From Acidimicrobiales bacterium (GTDB lineage Bacteria; Actinomycetota; Acidimicrobiia; Acidimicrobiales; VFJN01): a DNA stretch of 64,000 bases. The stretch covers positions 12,194 to 76,193 of the forward strand of contig JBJMHD010000019.1 of NCBI GenBank assembly GCA_045807565.1, read 5' to 3'. The notes below the pieces were generated by a model. The model was not told the origin of the DNA and ran no database searches. It was given only the letters and a program-made list of their open reading frames with translations. The position numbers and the translations under genes were made by a program. Below are positions 20,938-29,207 of this stretch, one piece after another (within the stretch, counting starts at the first letter, position 1; every line of letters starts with the position of its first letter).

Positions 20938-21067
20938 GTCGACTGGCCACCTTTTCGCTCCGCGGCCCCCGTCCGCCTGCCTCGGGCGGGACGATCCGGT
21001 CACAAGCGCACGAGCCGCTCGGCGCGGGCGGTTGGAGCCCCGCCCCGTGCGGGTACGGTCGCCCGGC

Positions 21068-21826
21068 GTGCGCTGGATCGACGACCACTGCCACCTCCAC
21101 CGCGACGTCGCCGTGGCCGACGAGCAGGTGGCGGCGGCGGCCGCGGCAGGCGTCGAGAAGCTCATCACCGTGGGATGCGACCCCGACCAGTCGGCGGACT
21201 ACATCGACCTCGCCCGCCGCCACCCCGGTTCGGTGTTCGCGACGGTCGGCGTGCACCCGCACGACGCCAAGGACGGCCTCGGGGGCATCGAGGCCCTCCT
21301 CGGCGAGCCGGAGGTCGTCGCGGTGGGGGAGTGCGGTCTCGACTTCCACTACGACCACTCCCCTCGTGACGTGCAGGCCGAGGTCTTCGCCGCCCAGATC
21401 GCCCTCGCCCGCCACCACGACCTCACCCTGGTGATCCACACCCGGGAGGCCTGGCCCGAGACCTTCGACATCCTGCGGGCCGAGGGCGTGCCCGCCCGGA
21501 CCGTGTTCCACTGCTTCACGGGTGGCCCCGACGAGGCCCGCCGCTGCCTCGACCTCGGGGCGATGCTGTCCTTCAGCGGGATCGTCAGCTTCCCCAGCGC
21601 CACCGACCTCCACGAGGCCGCACGGCTGTGCCCGCTCGAGCGACTGCTGGTCGAGACGGACAGCCCCTACCTCGCGCCCGTGCCCCACCGCGGTCAGCCC
21701 AACCAGCCGGCGTGGGTCGCCCACGTCGGCGACGCGGTCGCCGCCCTCAAGGGCGTGACGGCCGAAGATGTCGCACGCTCGACATGGGGCACGGCCCATG
21801 CCACCTACCGTTTGCCCGCCGGATAG
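21068..21826 (+). CDS. tatD: TatD-family metal-dependent DNase/hydrolase
   Basis: WIDDHCHLH, GVHPHDA, GECGLDFHY, LVIHTREA, VFHCFTGG and ETDSPYLAP are canonical TatD motifs. Start taken at GTG 21068. Confidence 0.85.
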   Translation: MRWIDDHCHLHRDVAVADEQVAAAAAAGVEKLITVGCDPDQSADYIDLARRHPGSVFATVGVHPHDAKDGLGGIEALLGEPEVVAVGECGLDFHYDHSPRDVQAEVFAAQIALARHHDLTLVIHTREAWPETFDILRAEGVPARTVFHCFTGGPDEARRCLDLGAMLSFSGIVSFPSATDLHEAARLCPLERLLVETDSPYLAPVPHRGQPNQPAWVAHVGDAVAALKGVTAEDVARSTWGTAHATYRLPAG

Positions 21827-21835
21827 GCCGCCAAA

Positions 21836-21902
21836 CAGGCGTTCGTGAAAAGACACACGTGTTGTTTGCGTTCGTGTTACGGAGCCGCGTAACGTCCTCC
21901 GG
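21836..21902 (+). promoter_or_regulatory. GC-poor upstream region of rpf with direct repeat, palindrome and a possible -10 element for a leaderless transcript
   Basis: GCGTTCGTG occurs twice (about 21839 and 21869). The palindrome ACACGTGT lies at about 21854-21861. An inverted repeat TTACG-N6-CGTAA is present. TAACGT (TANNNT-type -10) at 21890-21895 ends 7 nt before ATG 21903. Confidence 0.3.
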
Positions 21903-22649
21903 ATGTCCGGAGAGGGGCCGAGTCCCTACGCGCCGCGCCATCTGGCCCCCTCGGGGCGCCGGGCCCGGCACCCGAAGCGGCCCGGCGAGATCGGGGCGGC
22001 CGCCCACCTCAAGCCCCTGGCGGCCCTCGCCCTCGAGGCCGAGGAGGCCACCGAGGTCTCCCCGCTGGCCCGGGTGCGCCGAGGCCACGCGGCCATCGCC
22101 CTCTCGCTGACGGTGGCCGTCCTGCCCGTCCTCGTGCTCGACAACCTGCCGGCCACCGCCGAGACCAACGACCAGCGCGTCGCCTCGCACGCCGTCGCCG
22201 AGGAGACCTCCACCACGGCCTGGCAGATCGATGCGCCCACCACCGAGGCGCCCACCACCACGGTGGCGCCCACCACCTCCACGGCTCCGCCCACCACCGA
22301 GGCGCCCCCCACCACCGAGGCCCAGGTGCAGGCCCTGGCTGCCCCGGCCCCGCCGCCGTCCACCACCACGACCGCGCCGCCGCCCCCGCCCGCCTACGGC
22401 GACCCGGACGACCCAGCCACCTGGGACCGCCTGGCACAGTGCGAGAGCGGCGGGAACTGGGCCGCCAACTCGGGCAACGGCTACTACGGCGGCCTGCAGT
22501 TCTCCCTCGCCACCTGGCAGGACGTCGGTGGCAGCGGCTACCCGCACCAGGCCAGCAAGGCAGAGCAGATCAAGCGCGGCAAGATCCTGCAGGCCCAGCA
22601 GGGGTGGGCGGCCTGGCCGGGCTGCTCCCGCGAGCTCGGCTACCGCTGA
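21903..22649 (+). CDS. rpf: Resuscitation-promoting factor (Rpf; transglycosylase-like domain) with N-terminal membrane anchor and Pro/Thr-rich linker
   Basis: C-terminal Rpf domain WDRLAQCESGGNWAANSGNGYYGGLQFSLATWQ...GWAAWPGC. TM segment AAIALSLTVAVLPVLVL. GC3 bias supports coding from 21903. GTG 22074 is an alternative start. Confidence 0.85.
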   Translation: MSGEGPSPYAPRHLAPSGRRARHPKRPGEIGAAAHLKPLAALALEAEEATEVSPLARVRRGHAAIALSLTVAVLPVLVLDNLPATAETNDQRVASHAVAEETSTTAWQIDAPTTEAPTTTVAPTTSTAPPTTEAPPTTEAQVQALAAPAPPPSTTTTAPPPPPAYGDPDDPATWDRLAQCESGGNWAANSGNGYYGGLQFSLATWQDVGGSGYPHQASKAEQIKRGKILQAQQGWAAWPGCSRELGYR

Positions 22650-22701
22650 CCCGTCCCTGACCGGGCCGTCGGGGCGGGCCCGGGGCTGCCAGGCTCCCAT
22701 C

Positions 22702-23520
22702 GTGACGCACTCGCCGTCGGCCATCCGAGCGCTGCTCGCCGACCACGGCCTCACACCGTCGCGGGCGCTGGGCCAGAACTTCGTGGCGGACGCCAACACC
22801 GTGCGCCGGATCGCCCGGCTGGCGGGCGTCGGTGCCGGCGACCAGGTGGTCGAGGTCGGGGCCGGGCTGGGGTCCCTGACCCTCGCCCTGCTCGAGACGG
22901 GTGCCCACGTCACGGCCATCGAGGCGGACACCCACCTCGTGCCGGTCCTGCGCGAGGTCGTCGAACCGGGCGGCGCCACCGTCGTCGAGGCCGATGCGAT
23001 GCACCTCGACTGGGACGAGCTGCTCGCCCCGCACCCGTCCTGGCTGCTCGTCGCCAACCTGCCCTACAACATCGCGACGCCGCTCGTCCTCGACCTCCTG
23101 GCCGGCGCGCCTGCCATCGAGCGCATGCTCGTGATGGTGCAGCTCGAGGCGGGCGAGCGGCTCGCCGCGTCGCCCGGCTCGAAGGCGTACGGCATCCCGT
23201 CGGTCCGGCGGGCCTGGTGGGCGGACGCGACCGTGGTGGGGAAGGTCCCCCCGACGGTGTTCGTGCCCGCGCCCCGTGTCGAGTCCGCGCTGGTCGACAT
23301 CCGCCGCCGCCCGCCTGCTGGCGACGCCGTCCAGCGCGACGCCGTGTACGCGCTCGTGGAGGCCGGGTTCGGCCAGCGCCGCAAGATGCTCCGACGCTCG
23401 CTCGCGGGGGTCGCCACCATCGACGACCTCGAGGCCGTCCGGATCCGCCCCGAGGCCCGCGCCGAGGAGCTCGTGCTCGCCGATTGGGTCCGACTGGCCA
23501 CCCAGATCAAGGGTGGTTGA
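22702..23520 (+). CDS. rsmA: 16S rRNA (adenine1518/1519-N6)-dimethyltransferase RsmA/KsgA
   Basis: LGQNFVADANTVRRI, VVEVGAGLGSLT and VANLPYNIATP motifs. Start taken at GTG 22702. Confidence 0.9.
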   Translation: MTHSPSAIRALLADHGLTPSRALGQNFVADANTVRRIARLAGVGAGDQVVEVGAGLGSLTLALLETGAHVTAIEADTHLVPVLREVVEPGGATVVEADAMHLDWDELLAPHPSWLLVANLPYNIATPLVLDLLAGAPAIERMLVMVQLEAGERLAASPGSKAYGIPSVRRAWWADATVVGKVPPTVFVPAPRVESALVDIRRRPPAGDAVQRDAVYALVEAGFGQRRKMLRRSLAGVATIDDLEAVRIRPEARAEELVLADWVRLATQIKGG

Positions 23521-23526
23521 CGACGA

Positions 23527-24369
23527 TCAAGCGCCCTTGGCGGTCACCGGGGCGACACGGACCGGCGGTCTCGGGTCGTCGGTCGAGCCGTGGTCGGACT
23601 CCTCGTCGGCCTGGTCGTGGCCAGAGCCGGCGTCCACGGGCGCGGACGCACCGCCTGAGCCTCCGTCGGTGCCGGCCTCGGCCGCGTCGTCGGCGTCCGA
23701 CGGGGAATGGTCGCCGCGCTCGTCCTCGGGTGCTCGCTGGTCCTCCCCGCTGGCTGGGTCGGGCTGCCCCGGCGACGAGTCCGGCGACGCCGCCTCGTCG
23801 TCTCCTGGCGATCCGGGCCCCGGGGCGATGGCGCCCGCCGGCACGGTGAGGGGTGCCCGCTCCGCCTTCGGCTCGGTGCCCTCGTCCTCCGCCTCCGTGC
23901 TCGCCGGGTGGACCGTGCTGGCGGCGGCGCCACGCTCCTCGAGCGAGTGCTCGGTGCTCGAGTGGGGCACCTCGACCCCGACGAGGTCGCCCACGTCGGC
24001 GACCGCTTCCTGCACGGGGGCCGGGAGGGCGTCGGCGGCCCCCGCCAGCGCGAGCACCGTGACCGCCGAGGCGACCGCGGTGACCGCCAAGGAGCGAGGC
24101 GTCGACGGAGCGGGAGGTGCGGCACGGCGGGCCATCGCGCTCCGCAGCGGGTAGCCCACGGTCGGCACGGGCTCCTCGGCCACCTGGCGGCGCAACGTCG
24201 TCAGCGCCTCGGCCACGGGGGCGAGGTCGCCGCGACCGACCGGCGTGTGCCCGGAGACGAGCGCGTCTACCTCCTCCTCGCTGAGCGTCGAGATCGCGGT
24301 CATCCAAAGAAGGTCATCGGCCGCACCCGGTGACGGGATACGGCGACGGAGCGACCGCGGAAGCCTCAC
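23527..24369 (-). CDS. Putative membrane-anchored anti-sigma factor with a long acidic low-complexity extracytoplasmic tail
   Basis: GTG 24369 overlaps the sigma-factor stop (GTGA). The sequence has LSEEEVDALVSGHTP..., a single TM (AVTAVASAVTVLALAGAA), then about 170 aa rich in D/E/S/P/G. No zf-HC2 motif. Function is inferred from position only. ATG 24303 is an alternative start. Confidence 0.5.
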   Translation of the reverse strand: MRLPRSLRRRIPSPGAADDLLWMTAISTLSEEEVDALVSGHTPVGRGDLAPVAEALTTLRRQVAEEPVPTVGYPLRSAMARRAAPPAPSTPRSLAVTAVASAVTVLALAGAADALPAPVQEAVADVGDLVGVEVPHSSTEHSLEERGAAASTVHPASTEAEDEGTEPKAERAPLTVPAGAIAPGPGSPGDDEAASPDSSPGQPDPASGEDQRAPEDERGDHSPSDADDAAEAGTDGGSGGASAPVDAGSGHDQADEESDHGSTDDPRPPVRVAPVTAKGA

Positions 24370-24947
24370 GCGCCGGCCTCCTGCATCCGCAACGACCTCC
24401 GGAGGTTGGCGAGGGCCCGGTGCTGCAGCGCCTTCACCGCCCCGAGCGACCTGCCGAGGATCTCAGCGACCCGCTCGAGCGGGAGGTCGGCGGCGATGCG
24501 GAGCAGCAGCACGGCCCGCTGGTCGTCGGAGAGGCCGTCGAGGAGCGAGCGCACCCAGGCATCGGCGAGCTGGTCGAGGGCGTCGCGCTCCACATCGCCG
24601 ACCGGCACCTCCAGCGTGTCGTCCAGCGGGACCTCACGGGGGCGGCGGAGCGCTCGCCGGGTCTCGTCGACCATCCGGTGGTGGGCGATCGTGAACACCC
24701 AGGAGCGGAAGGACGGCCAATCGCCCGCGAACCGCGCCAGCCCCTGGTGGACCTGGAGGAACACCTCGTTGGCGACGCCTTCGACGTCGGCGACGCCGTT
24801 CATGCGCAGGTAGCCGGCCACGCGAGGCGACAGCTCGTCGTAGATCTCCTCGAACGCACGGACGGCGGCGGCGCCGTCGTCGGACCGCGCCGCCGCGAGC
24901 GTCGTCGACCAGTCCGCGCGTCCCGTTCCGTCGTGCTGCGTCGTCAC
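24366..24947 (-). CDS. ECF-type RNA polymerase sigma-70 family factor
   Basis: Region 2 reads ANEVFLQVHQGLARFAGDWPSFRSWVFTIAHHRMVDETRR. Region 4 reads LSDDQRAVLLLRIAADLPLERVAEILGRSLGAVKALQHRALANLR. Coordinates are taken from the ORF track. Confidence 0.85.
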   Translation of the reverse strand: MTTQHDGTGRADWSTTLAAARSDDGAAAVRAFEEIYDELSPRVAGYLRMNGVADVEGVANEVFLQVHQGLARFAGDWPSFRSWVFTIAHHRMVDETRRALRRPREVPLDDTLEVPVGDVERDALDQLADAWVRSLLDGLSDDQRAVLLLRIAADLPLERVAEILGRSLGAVKALQHRALANLRRSLRMQEAGA

Positions 24948-25032
24948 CGTGCTCCATCGCGACCGCCGTCGCCCAGCGGGAGCCTATGGCGCCGGCCACG
25001 GTGGCGGGTCCAGGTCCTCCTAGGGTCCTGCC

Positions 25033-25743
25033 GTGGCTGACGTGCTGCGCGCTCCCGCCAAGCTCACGAGGTCGCTGCGCGTCACCGGGGTGCGCGACGA
25101 CGGCTACCACCTGATCGAGGCGGAGATGGTGAGCCTCGACCTCGCTGACACCCTCACCTTCGATCCCGGCGGCGAGGGGATCGTGGTGCGGGGGGCAGGC
25201 GCGGGCGTCCCGACCGACGACGACAACCTCGTGACCCGGGCGCTGCGAGCGGTCGGTCGCTCCGCCCACGTGACCATCGACAAGCGCATCCCAGCGGGCG
25301 CCGGGCTCGGCGGCGGGTCAGCCGACGCCGCCGCCGTGCTGCGCTGGGCGGGCGTGGACGACCTCGACGTGGCGCTCGGCCTCGGTGCCGACGTGCCCTT
25401 CTGCCTCACCGGTGGACGAGCCCGCGTCACCGGGATCGGCGAGGTGCTCGAGCCGTTGGCGTTCGAGGAGCGCACCTTCACCCTGCTCACGCCGCGCGTG
25501 CACTGCTCGACCCCCGCCGTGTACCGCATGTGGGACGAGCTCGGTGGGCCGGCCGCGGACGGTCCCAACGATCTCGAGCCGGCGGCGCTGCGCGTCGTGC
25601 CAGAGCTCGCCGACTGGCGCGACCGCCTGGGCGACCTGACCGGTCAGACCCCCGTCCTCGCCGGCAGCGGCAGCACCTGGTTCGTGGAGGGCGCGTACGA
25701 CGGCCGCGACCTGGTCGTGGTGCACACCGTGCCGGCTGGATGA
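25033..25743 (+). CDS. ispE: 4-diphosphocytidyl-2-C-methyl-D-erythritol kinase (IspE)
   Basis: APAKLTRSLRV near the N-terminus, GHMP-kinase motif IPAGAGLGGGSADAAAVL, and GSGSTWF. Compact at 236 aa. Confidence 0.85.
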   Translation: MADVLRAPAKLTRSLRVTGVRDDGYHLIEAEMVSLDLADTLTFDPGGEGIVVRGAGAGVPTDDDNLVTRALRAVGRSAHVTIDKRIPAGAGLGGGSADAAAVLRWAGVDDLDVALGLGADVPFCLTGGRARVTGIGEVLEPLAFEERTFTLLTPRVHCSTPAVYRMWDELGGPAADGPNDLEPAALRVVPELADWRDRLGDLTGQTPVLAGSGSTWFVEGAYDGRDLVVVHTVPAG

Positions 25744-25753
25744 CGGCGAGCGG

Positions 25754-28333
25754 CTACGGCACCAGGAGCTCGGCGGCGGGGGAGAGACCAGCGGCCGAGC
25801 GGGCGGGGAGCGCAAGGGCCAGCCACCCGAGGGCGAGCGTGGCCAGCACCTCGCCGATCAGCCAGGTCACGGGCACGGTGACCGTCGGCACGACGCCGAG
25901 CCGCTCGGCGAAGAACGTCCAGGCGTAGCGGCCCCCGACGATGCCGAGCGGCACACCGACGAGGAGCCCGATGCCGAGGAGCGCGAACCCCTGCCATCGC
26001 ACGGAGCGGCGCACGTCCCGGTCGCCGAAGCCGATCGCTCGCAGCACGGCGAGCTCCGCTCGCCGGTCGCGCACCGACAACGTCACCGCGAGCCACAGCC
26101 CGAGGGTGAGGCTGGCGAGCAGCGCCGCTCCGAGCGCGAGTGGCGCTCGCTGCAGCTCGGTGACGTCAACGATCACCGGTGATCGAACGGGCTCGAGGTG
26201 GGTGACGGGCGGTTCGTCGAGCGCGCTCCACGTCGGTAGCTCCGCGTCGAGGCGGGCGAGGACCTCGGATCGGTCGGCACCGTCCCGGAGGTAGATCCCG
26301 GTGATGGAGGGCGCGCTGGCCTCGCCCGCCTCCGACGGTTCGGCGTCGACGAGGATGAACGCCCCGGTCCCCAGGCCTGTTCGGTCGGCGCCGAACGCGC
26401 CCACCGATGGGAGCACGCCCGTGCCGACGAAGGTCACGTGGAGCTCGCCGAACTCCTGCGAGTCGACGGTGACGGCGTCACCGACGCCGAGCCCGAGGTC
26501 CTCCGCTGACTGCTCGCCCAGCAGCGCCTCGCCGGGCTTCGAGGGCATCCGACCGCGGGACACCGGGAGGTGGGTGTCGGCGGTGTCAGCCCAGCCGAAC
26601 ACCGTCGAGACGGGGCGCTCGTGGATCAGCAGCGAGGGGTCGACGCTGTAGAACGCGTAGCCGGCGATGTCGTCGCGGACGTCTTCTCGCGACAGCTGCT
26701 CCTCGACCGCGGCCGGGTCGGTGTCGCCATAGCCCGCACCGGTGATGACGGCGATGTCCCACGGCCAGCCGTAGGCGTCGGGGTCGTCGACGAGATCGGC
26801 CAGGCTCGCGCCGAACACCAGCGCGGTGGCCACGGCGCTCGTGGCGACGACGCAGCCGGCCATCGCGGCGATGCCCGCTCCTGCCCGCCGCGGGTCGAGG
26901 GCGGCGCCCACGCCGCTGCTCACCGTCGGGCGACCGCGACCGATGAGCTGGCGGAGGCGTCCGATCCGCCTCGGGTACGGCTCGTCGCGCGCGGCGCGCC
27001 AGGCCGAGCGGCCGACCACCATCGCCACCACGAGCGCCACCGTGGCCAGCAGGCCGGCAGCGATCGGCGCCGCCACCGCGAGCGGCAGGCTGGGCGAGGC
27101 GTCGGGTGCGAGCCGCCGCACGCTCCCGATCGGCCCCACCGGCGAGGACGCGAAGGCGATCGCCGCGGCGCCGAGCACCCCGATGACCACCGACCCGAGC
27201 ACGGGCGCTGCCAACCACCACGCGATCTGCGCGCGCGTGGCGCCGAGGGCACGCAGGCTGCGCTGGGCAGCGATGTCCCGGCGGGTCTGGCGGGCCACCA
27301 TCAGACCGGCCACCGTGACCGTCGCGATCGCGGCGACGATCGCGAAGGCCCGGAGGGTGGTCACCGTCGGCCGGACGGTCTCGCGCACGGCCGCGTCCTG
27401 GTCGGCTCGGTCCTGCGAGATGTAGTAGTAGCCGATGCCCTGATCGGTCAGGGCGGTGGGCAGCGTGCCGTTCAACCGCTCGACGGCGTCGTCGAACTGG
27501 TTCCGGATCGACCGCACCCCGTCGGCCCCGCTCGGGACCGACAGCGCGTAGTAGTCGTACTGCGCCGAGCAGTCCTGGGGGAACTTGGCGGTGAACAGCT
27601 CCTGGTACGTGCGCGCGTCGGCCACGTCGGTCAGGCAGTGGTACCGGTTGGCGACGTCCGCGCTCACCACCACCTGCTGTCGCGGGAAGAGCTCCTCGGG
27701 GAGGACCTCGTCGGGGAGGGCGCCGAACCCCGAGATCGTCAGCGCCTCGACCCCGATCGGGTCGACCGGTTGATCCAGATCGAGGTCGGCGTCGAAGAGA
27801 CCGGCCCAGAAGAACCCCACGTCGATGGTGTCCCCCACCTCGAGGTGTCGGTCGAGGGCGCGCTCGAGCTCCGGGCGGTAGTCGGTGCTGATGAACACCT
27901 CGTGGTCGCCCGACGGCTCCCGGCCCTCGCTCACCGCCGGTCGGTCGACGTCGACGTAGCGACCATCGAGCTCGCCCCGCACCTGGAGCCACTGGTCGGC
28001 GGTCGACGCGCCCGCCTCCTTCACCGTCGTCGGCCCCGTGAACACCAGCGACCCGAGGAGCAACGAGTCCACGTGCACGTCCTCCACGCCGTCGAAGCTG
28101 CGGATCGCCGCGTCCATCGCCGGGCTCGTCAGGCTCGGGTTGACGACGACCTCCGAGACGTTCGCCTCCTCGACGTACTCGCCGTAGGCATGCGCCGTGC
28201 GATGGGCGGCGACGGCCGCTCCGATCGACGCACCGCCGCCCAGGGCCACGACCACGGCGAGGCCCACGAGGAACCCCCATCCCCCGCGAAGGGCGCGCCC
28301 GGCGAGTCGCCCCGCCCCTCGAGCCATGGCCAC
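25754..28333 (-). CDS. Large FtsX-like (MacB/YbbP-type) ABC transporter permease with duplicated FtsX modules
   Basis: 859 aa with two permease modules, each preceded by a large extracytoplasmic domain. The repeated pattern is ...RDIAAQRSLRALGATRAQI... and ...RRAELAVLRAIGFGDRDVR.... No ATPase gene is adjacent. Confidence 0.8.
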   Translation of the reverse strand: MAMARGAGRLAGRALRGGWGFLVGLAVVVALGGGASIGAAVAAHRTAHAYGEYVEEANVSEVVVNPSLTSPAMDAAIRSFDGVEDVHVDSLLLGSLVFTGPTTVKEAGASTADQWLQVRGELDGRYVDVDRPAVSEGREPSGDHEVFISTDYRPELERALDRHLEVGDTIDVGFFWAGLFDADLDLDQPVDPIGVEALTISGFGALPDEVLPEELFPRQQVVVSADVANRYHCLTDVADARTYQELFTAKFPQDCSAQYDYYALSVPSGADGVRSIRNQFDDAVERLNGTLPTALTDQGIGYYYISQDRADQDAAVRETVRPTVTTLRAFAIVAAIATVTVAGLMVARQTRRDIAAQRSLRALGATRAQIAWWLAAPVLGSVVIGVLGAAAIAFASSPVGPIGSVRRLAPDASPSLPLAVAAPIAAGLLATVALVVAMVVGRSAWRAARDEPYPRRIGRLRQLIGRGRPTVSSGVGAALDPRRAGAGIAAMAGCVVATSAVATALVFGASLADLVDDPDAYGWPWDIAVITGAGYGDTDPAAVEEQLSREDVRDDIAGYAFYSVDPSLLIHERPVSTVFGWADTADTHLPVSRGRMPSKPGEALLGEQSAEDLGLGVGDAVTVDSQEFGELHVTFVGTGVLPSVGAFGADRTGLGTGAFILVDAEPSEAGEASAPSITGIYLRDGADRSEVLARLDAELPTWSALDEPPVTHLEPVRSPVIVDVTELQRAPLALGAALLASLTLGLWLAVTLSVRDRRAELAVLRAIGFGDRDVRRSVRWQGFALLGIGLLVGVPLGIVGGRYAWTFFAERLGVVPTVTVPVTWLIGEVLATLALGWLALALPARSAAGLSPAAELLVP

Positions 28334-28416
28334 AGTGAAGGGGGACCGGGCCCATCGGGCAAGGGGGCCACCCCGTCCGCCTGGGTGGTGCTGGCCCCCG
28401 AGGGCCCTGACGCGCG

Positions 28417-28441
28417 CCGACCGCCTGCTGGAGGCGGTCGG
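28417..28441. terminator. Perfect 9-bp stem / 7-nt loop hairpin downstream of the bS22 gene
   Basis: CCGACCGCC-TGCTGGA-GGCGGTCGG, 34 nt after the bS22 stop codon on the minus strand. Confidence 0.45.
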
Positions 28442-28474
28442 TGGACGATGTCGGTTGGCCGAGGAGCCTGCCGG

Positions 28475-28576
28475 CTACTTGCCGGCGGCTCGACGCTGCC
28501 AGCGCGTGCGCTTCAGCATCTTCTTGTGCTTCTTCTTGCGCATGCGCTTGCGGCGCTTCTTGATCAGAGAACCCAT
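28475..28576 (-). CDS. Small basic ribosomal protein bS22-like (AURKAIP1/COX24-domain), 33 aa; absent from the ORF track
   Basis: The minus strand reads ATG...TAG = [33 protein letters not shown]. From memory this is near-identical in pattern to mycobacterial bS22 ([25 protein letters not shown]...). Confidence 0.75.
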   Translation of the reverse strand: [33 protein letters not shown]

Positions 28577-28664
28577 GAGGGGAGCCACGCTACCGGCGCC
28601 CTCTCCGCCAACGCCAACGGCGACCGGCGCCGAACGCGCACGCCGTAACCTGAGCGCTGCCCGA

Positions 28665-28740
28665 TCGGGGGTAGTTCAACTGGCAGAACGCCGGCCTTTG
28701 GAGCCGGTTGTTGGAGGTTCGAGTCCTCCCCCCCGAGCCA
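28665..28740 (+). tRNA. tRNA-Gln (anticodon UUG), CCA encoded
   Basis: Hand-folded cloverleaf. Acceptor TCGGGGG/CCCCCGA. D-arm GTTC-AACTGGCA-GAAC. Anticodon arm CCGGC-CTTTGGA-GCCGG, giving anticodon TTG. T-arm GGAGG-TTCGAGT-CCTCC. Discriminator G plus CCA. Total 76 nt. Confidence 0.85.
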
Positions 28741-29207
28741 TGGCCGCTGCTGGCAGCAAGCCCCCGTCCAACGTCGGCTGCGTGATCGCCATCATCGCGC
28801 TGCCCGTGGTGATCCTGGTCGGCGTGATCATCGGCACGGTGCTCCGCAGCGACGACGGTGGCGACGTCGACGAGGACCACGTCGCGCTCCAGGACGGTGA
28901 CCTCGGCGGCACCGCATGGCGGGTCGACGCCGTGCGCGACGTCGAGGGCGAGACCTGCGTGTTCCTCTACGAGGGCGAGGCGGAGGATCCGCTCAACGGC
29001 ACGTGCGACCTCGAGCCCCAGGACGTCACCTACGACGACCACACGGTGGTGTTCGGTCGAGTCCAGCCCGGCACCGCCCCGGCGACGGTCGAGCTCTCGA
29101 ACGGCGAGGTCATCGAGGTGGACACGCAGACCGTCGACGGCATGGACGGCGGCTTCTACGTCACCGTGGTGGACGACGACGTCGACGCCGTCCGCCTGGC
29201 GGGCTGA
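28740..29207 (+). CDS. Hypothetical membrane-anchored acidic protein (155 aa)
   Basis: MAAAGSKPPSNVGCVIAIIALPVVILVGVIIGTVL (TM) followed by a D/E/V-rich domain, with strong GC3 bias. The A of the ATG is the terminal A of the tRNA CCA. I recognise no family. Confidence 0.6.
   Translation: MAAAGSKPPSNVGCVIAIIALPVVILVGVIIGTVLRSDDGGDVDEDHVALQDGDLGGTAWRVDAVRDVEGETCVFLYEGEAEDPLNGTCDLEPQDVTYDDHTVVFGRVQPGTAPATVELSNGEVIEVDTQTVDGMDGGFYVTVVDDDVDAVRLAG

Noticed and set aside
21827-22075. Possible ydaO-type (cyclic-di-AMP) riboswitch in front of rpf, as is known for rpfA genes in streptomycetes and mycobacteria.
   Set aside because: I cannot find the conserved ydaO blocks as I remember them (GGGGACCCA, GGGGUGAAUCC, CCCGAACCCG...CAGCUAACCUCGUAAGCG). 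Only about 77 nt separate tatD from ATG 21903. The stretch 21903-22074 has strong in-frame GC3 bias, so it is more likely coding. An Infernal scan with RF00379 would settle it.
22230-22400. Short tandem-like repeats: CCACCACCGAGGCGCCC-type units in rpf, GAGGAGGCCGCCGAGGG units at about 33010-33130 in rplY, and the acidic low-complexity run at 23540-23900.
   Set aside because: All are in frame and encode Pro/Thr-rich linkers or acidic tails (APTTTE, EEAAEG, D/E/S/G). They are low-complexity protein segments, not CRISPR arrays, VNTR elements or regulatory repeats.
24895-24905. An apparent extra C near 24900 that, by my hand count, would shift the frame of the ECF sigma factor gene (possible frameshift or pseudogene).
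   Set aside because: The supplied ORF track translates straight through this position in two different frames. Coordinates on both sides check out. I attribute this to my own miscount and use the track coordinates.
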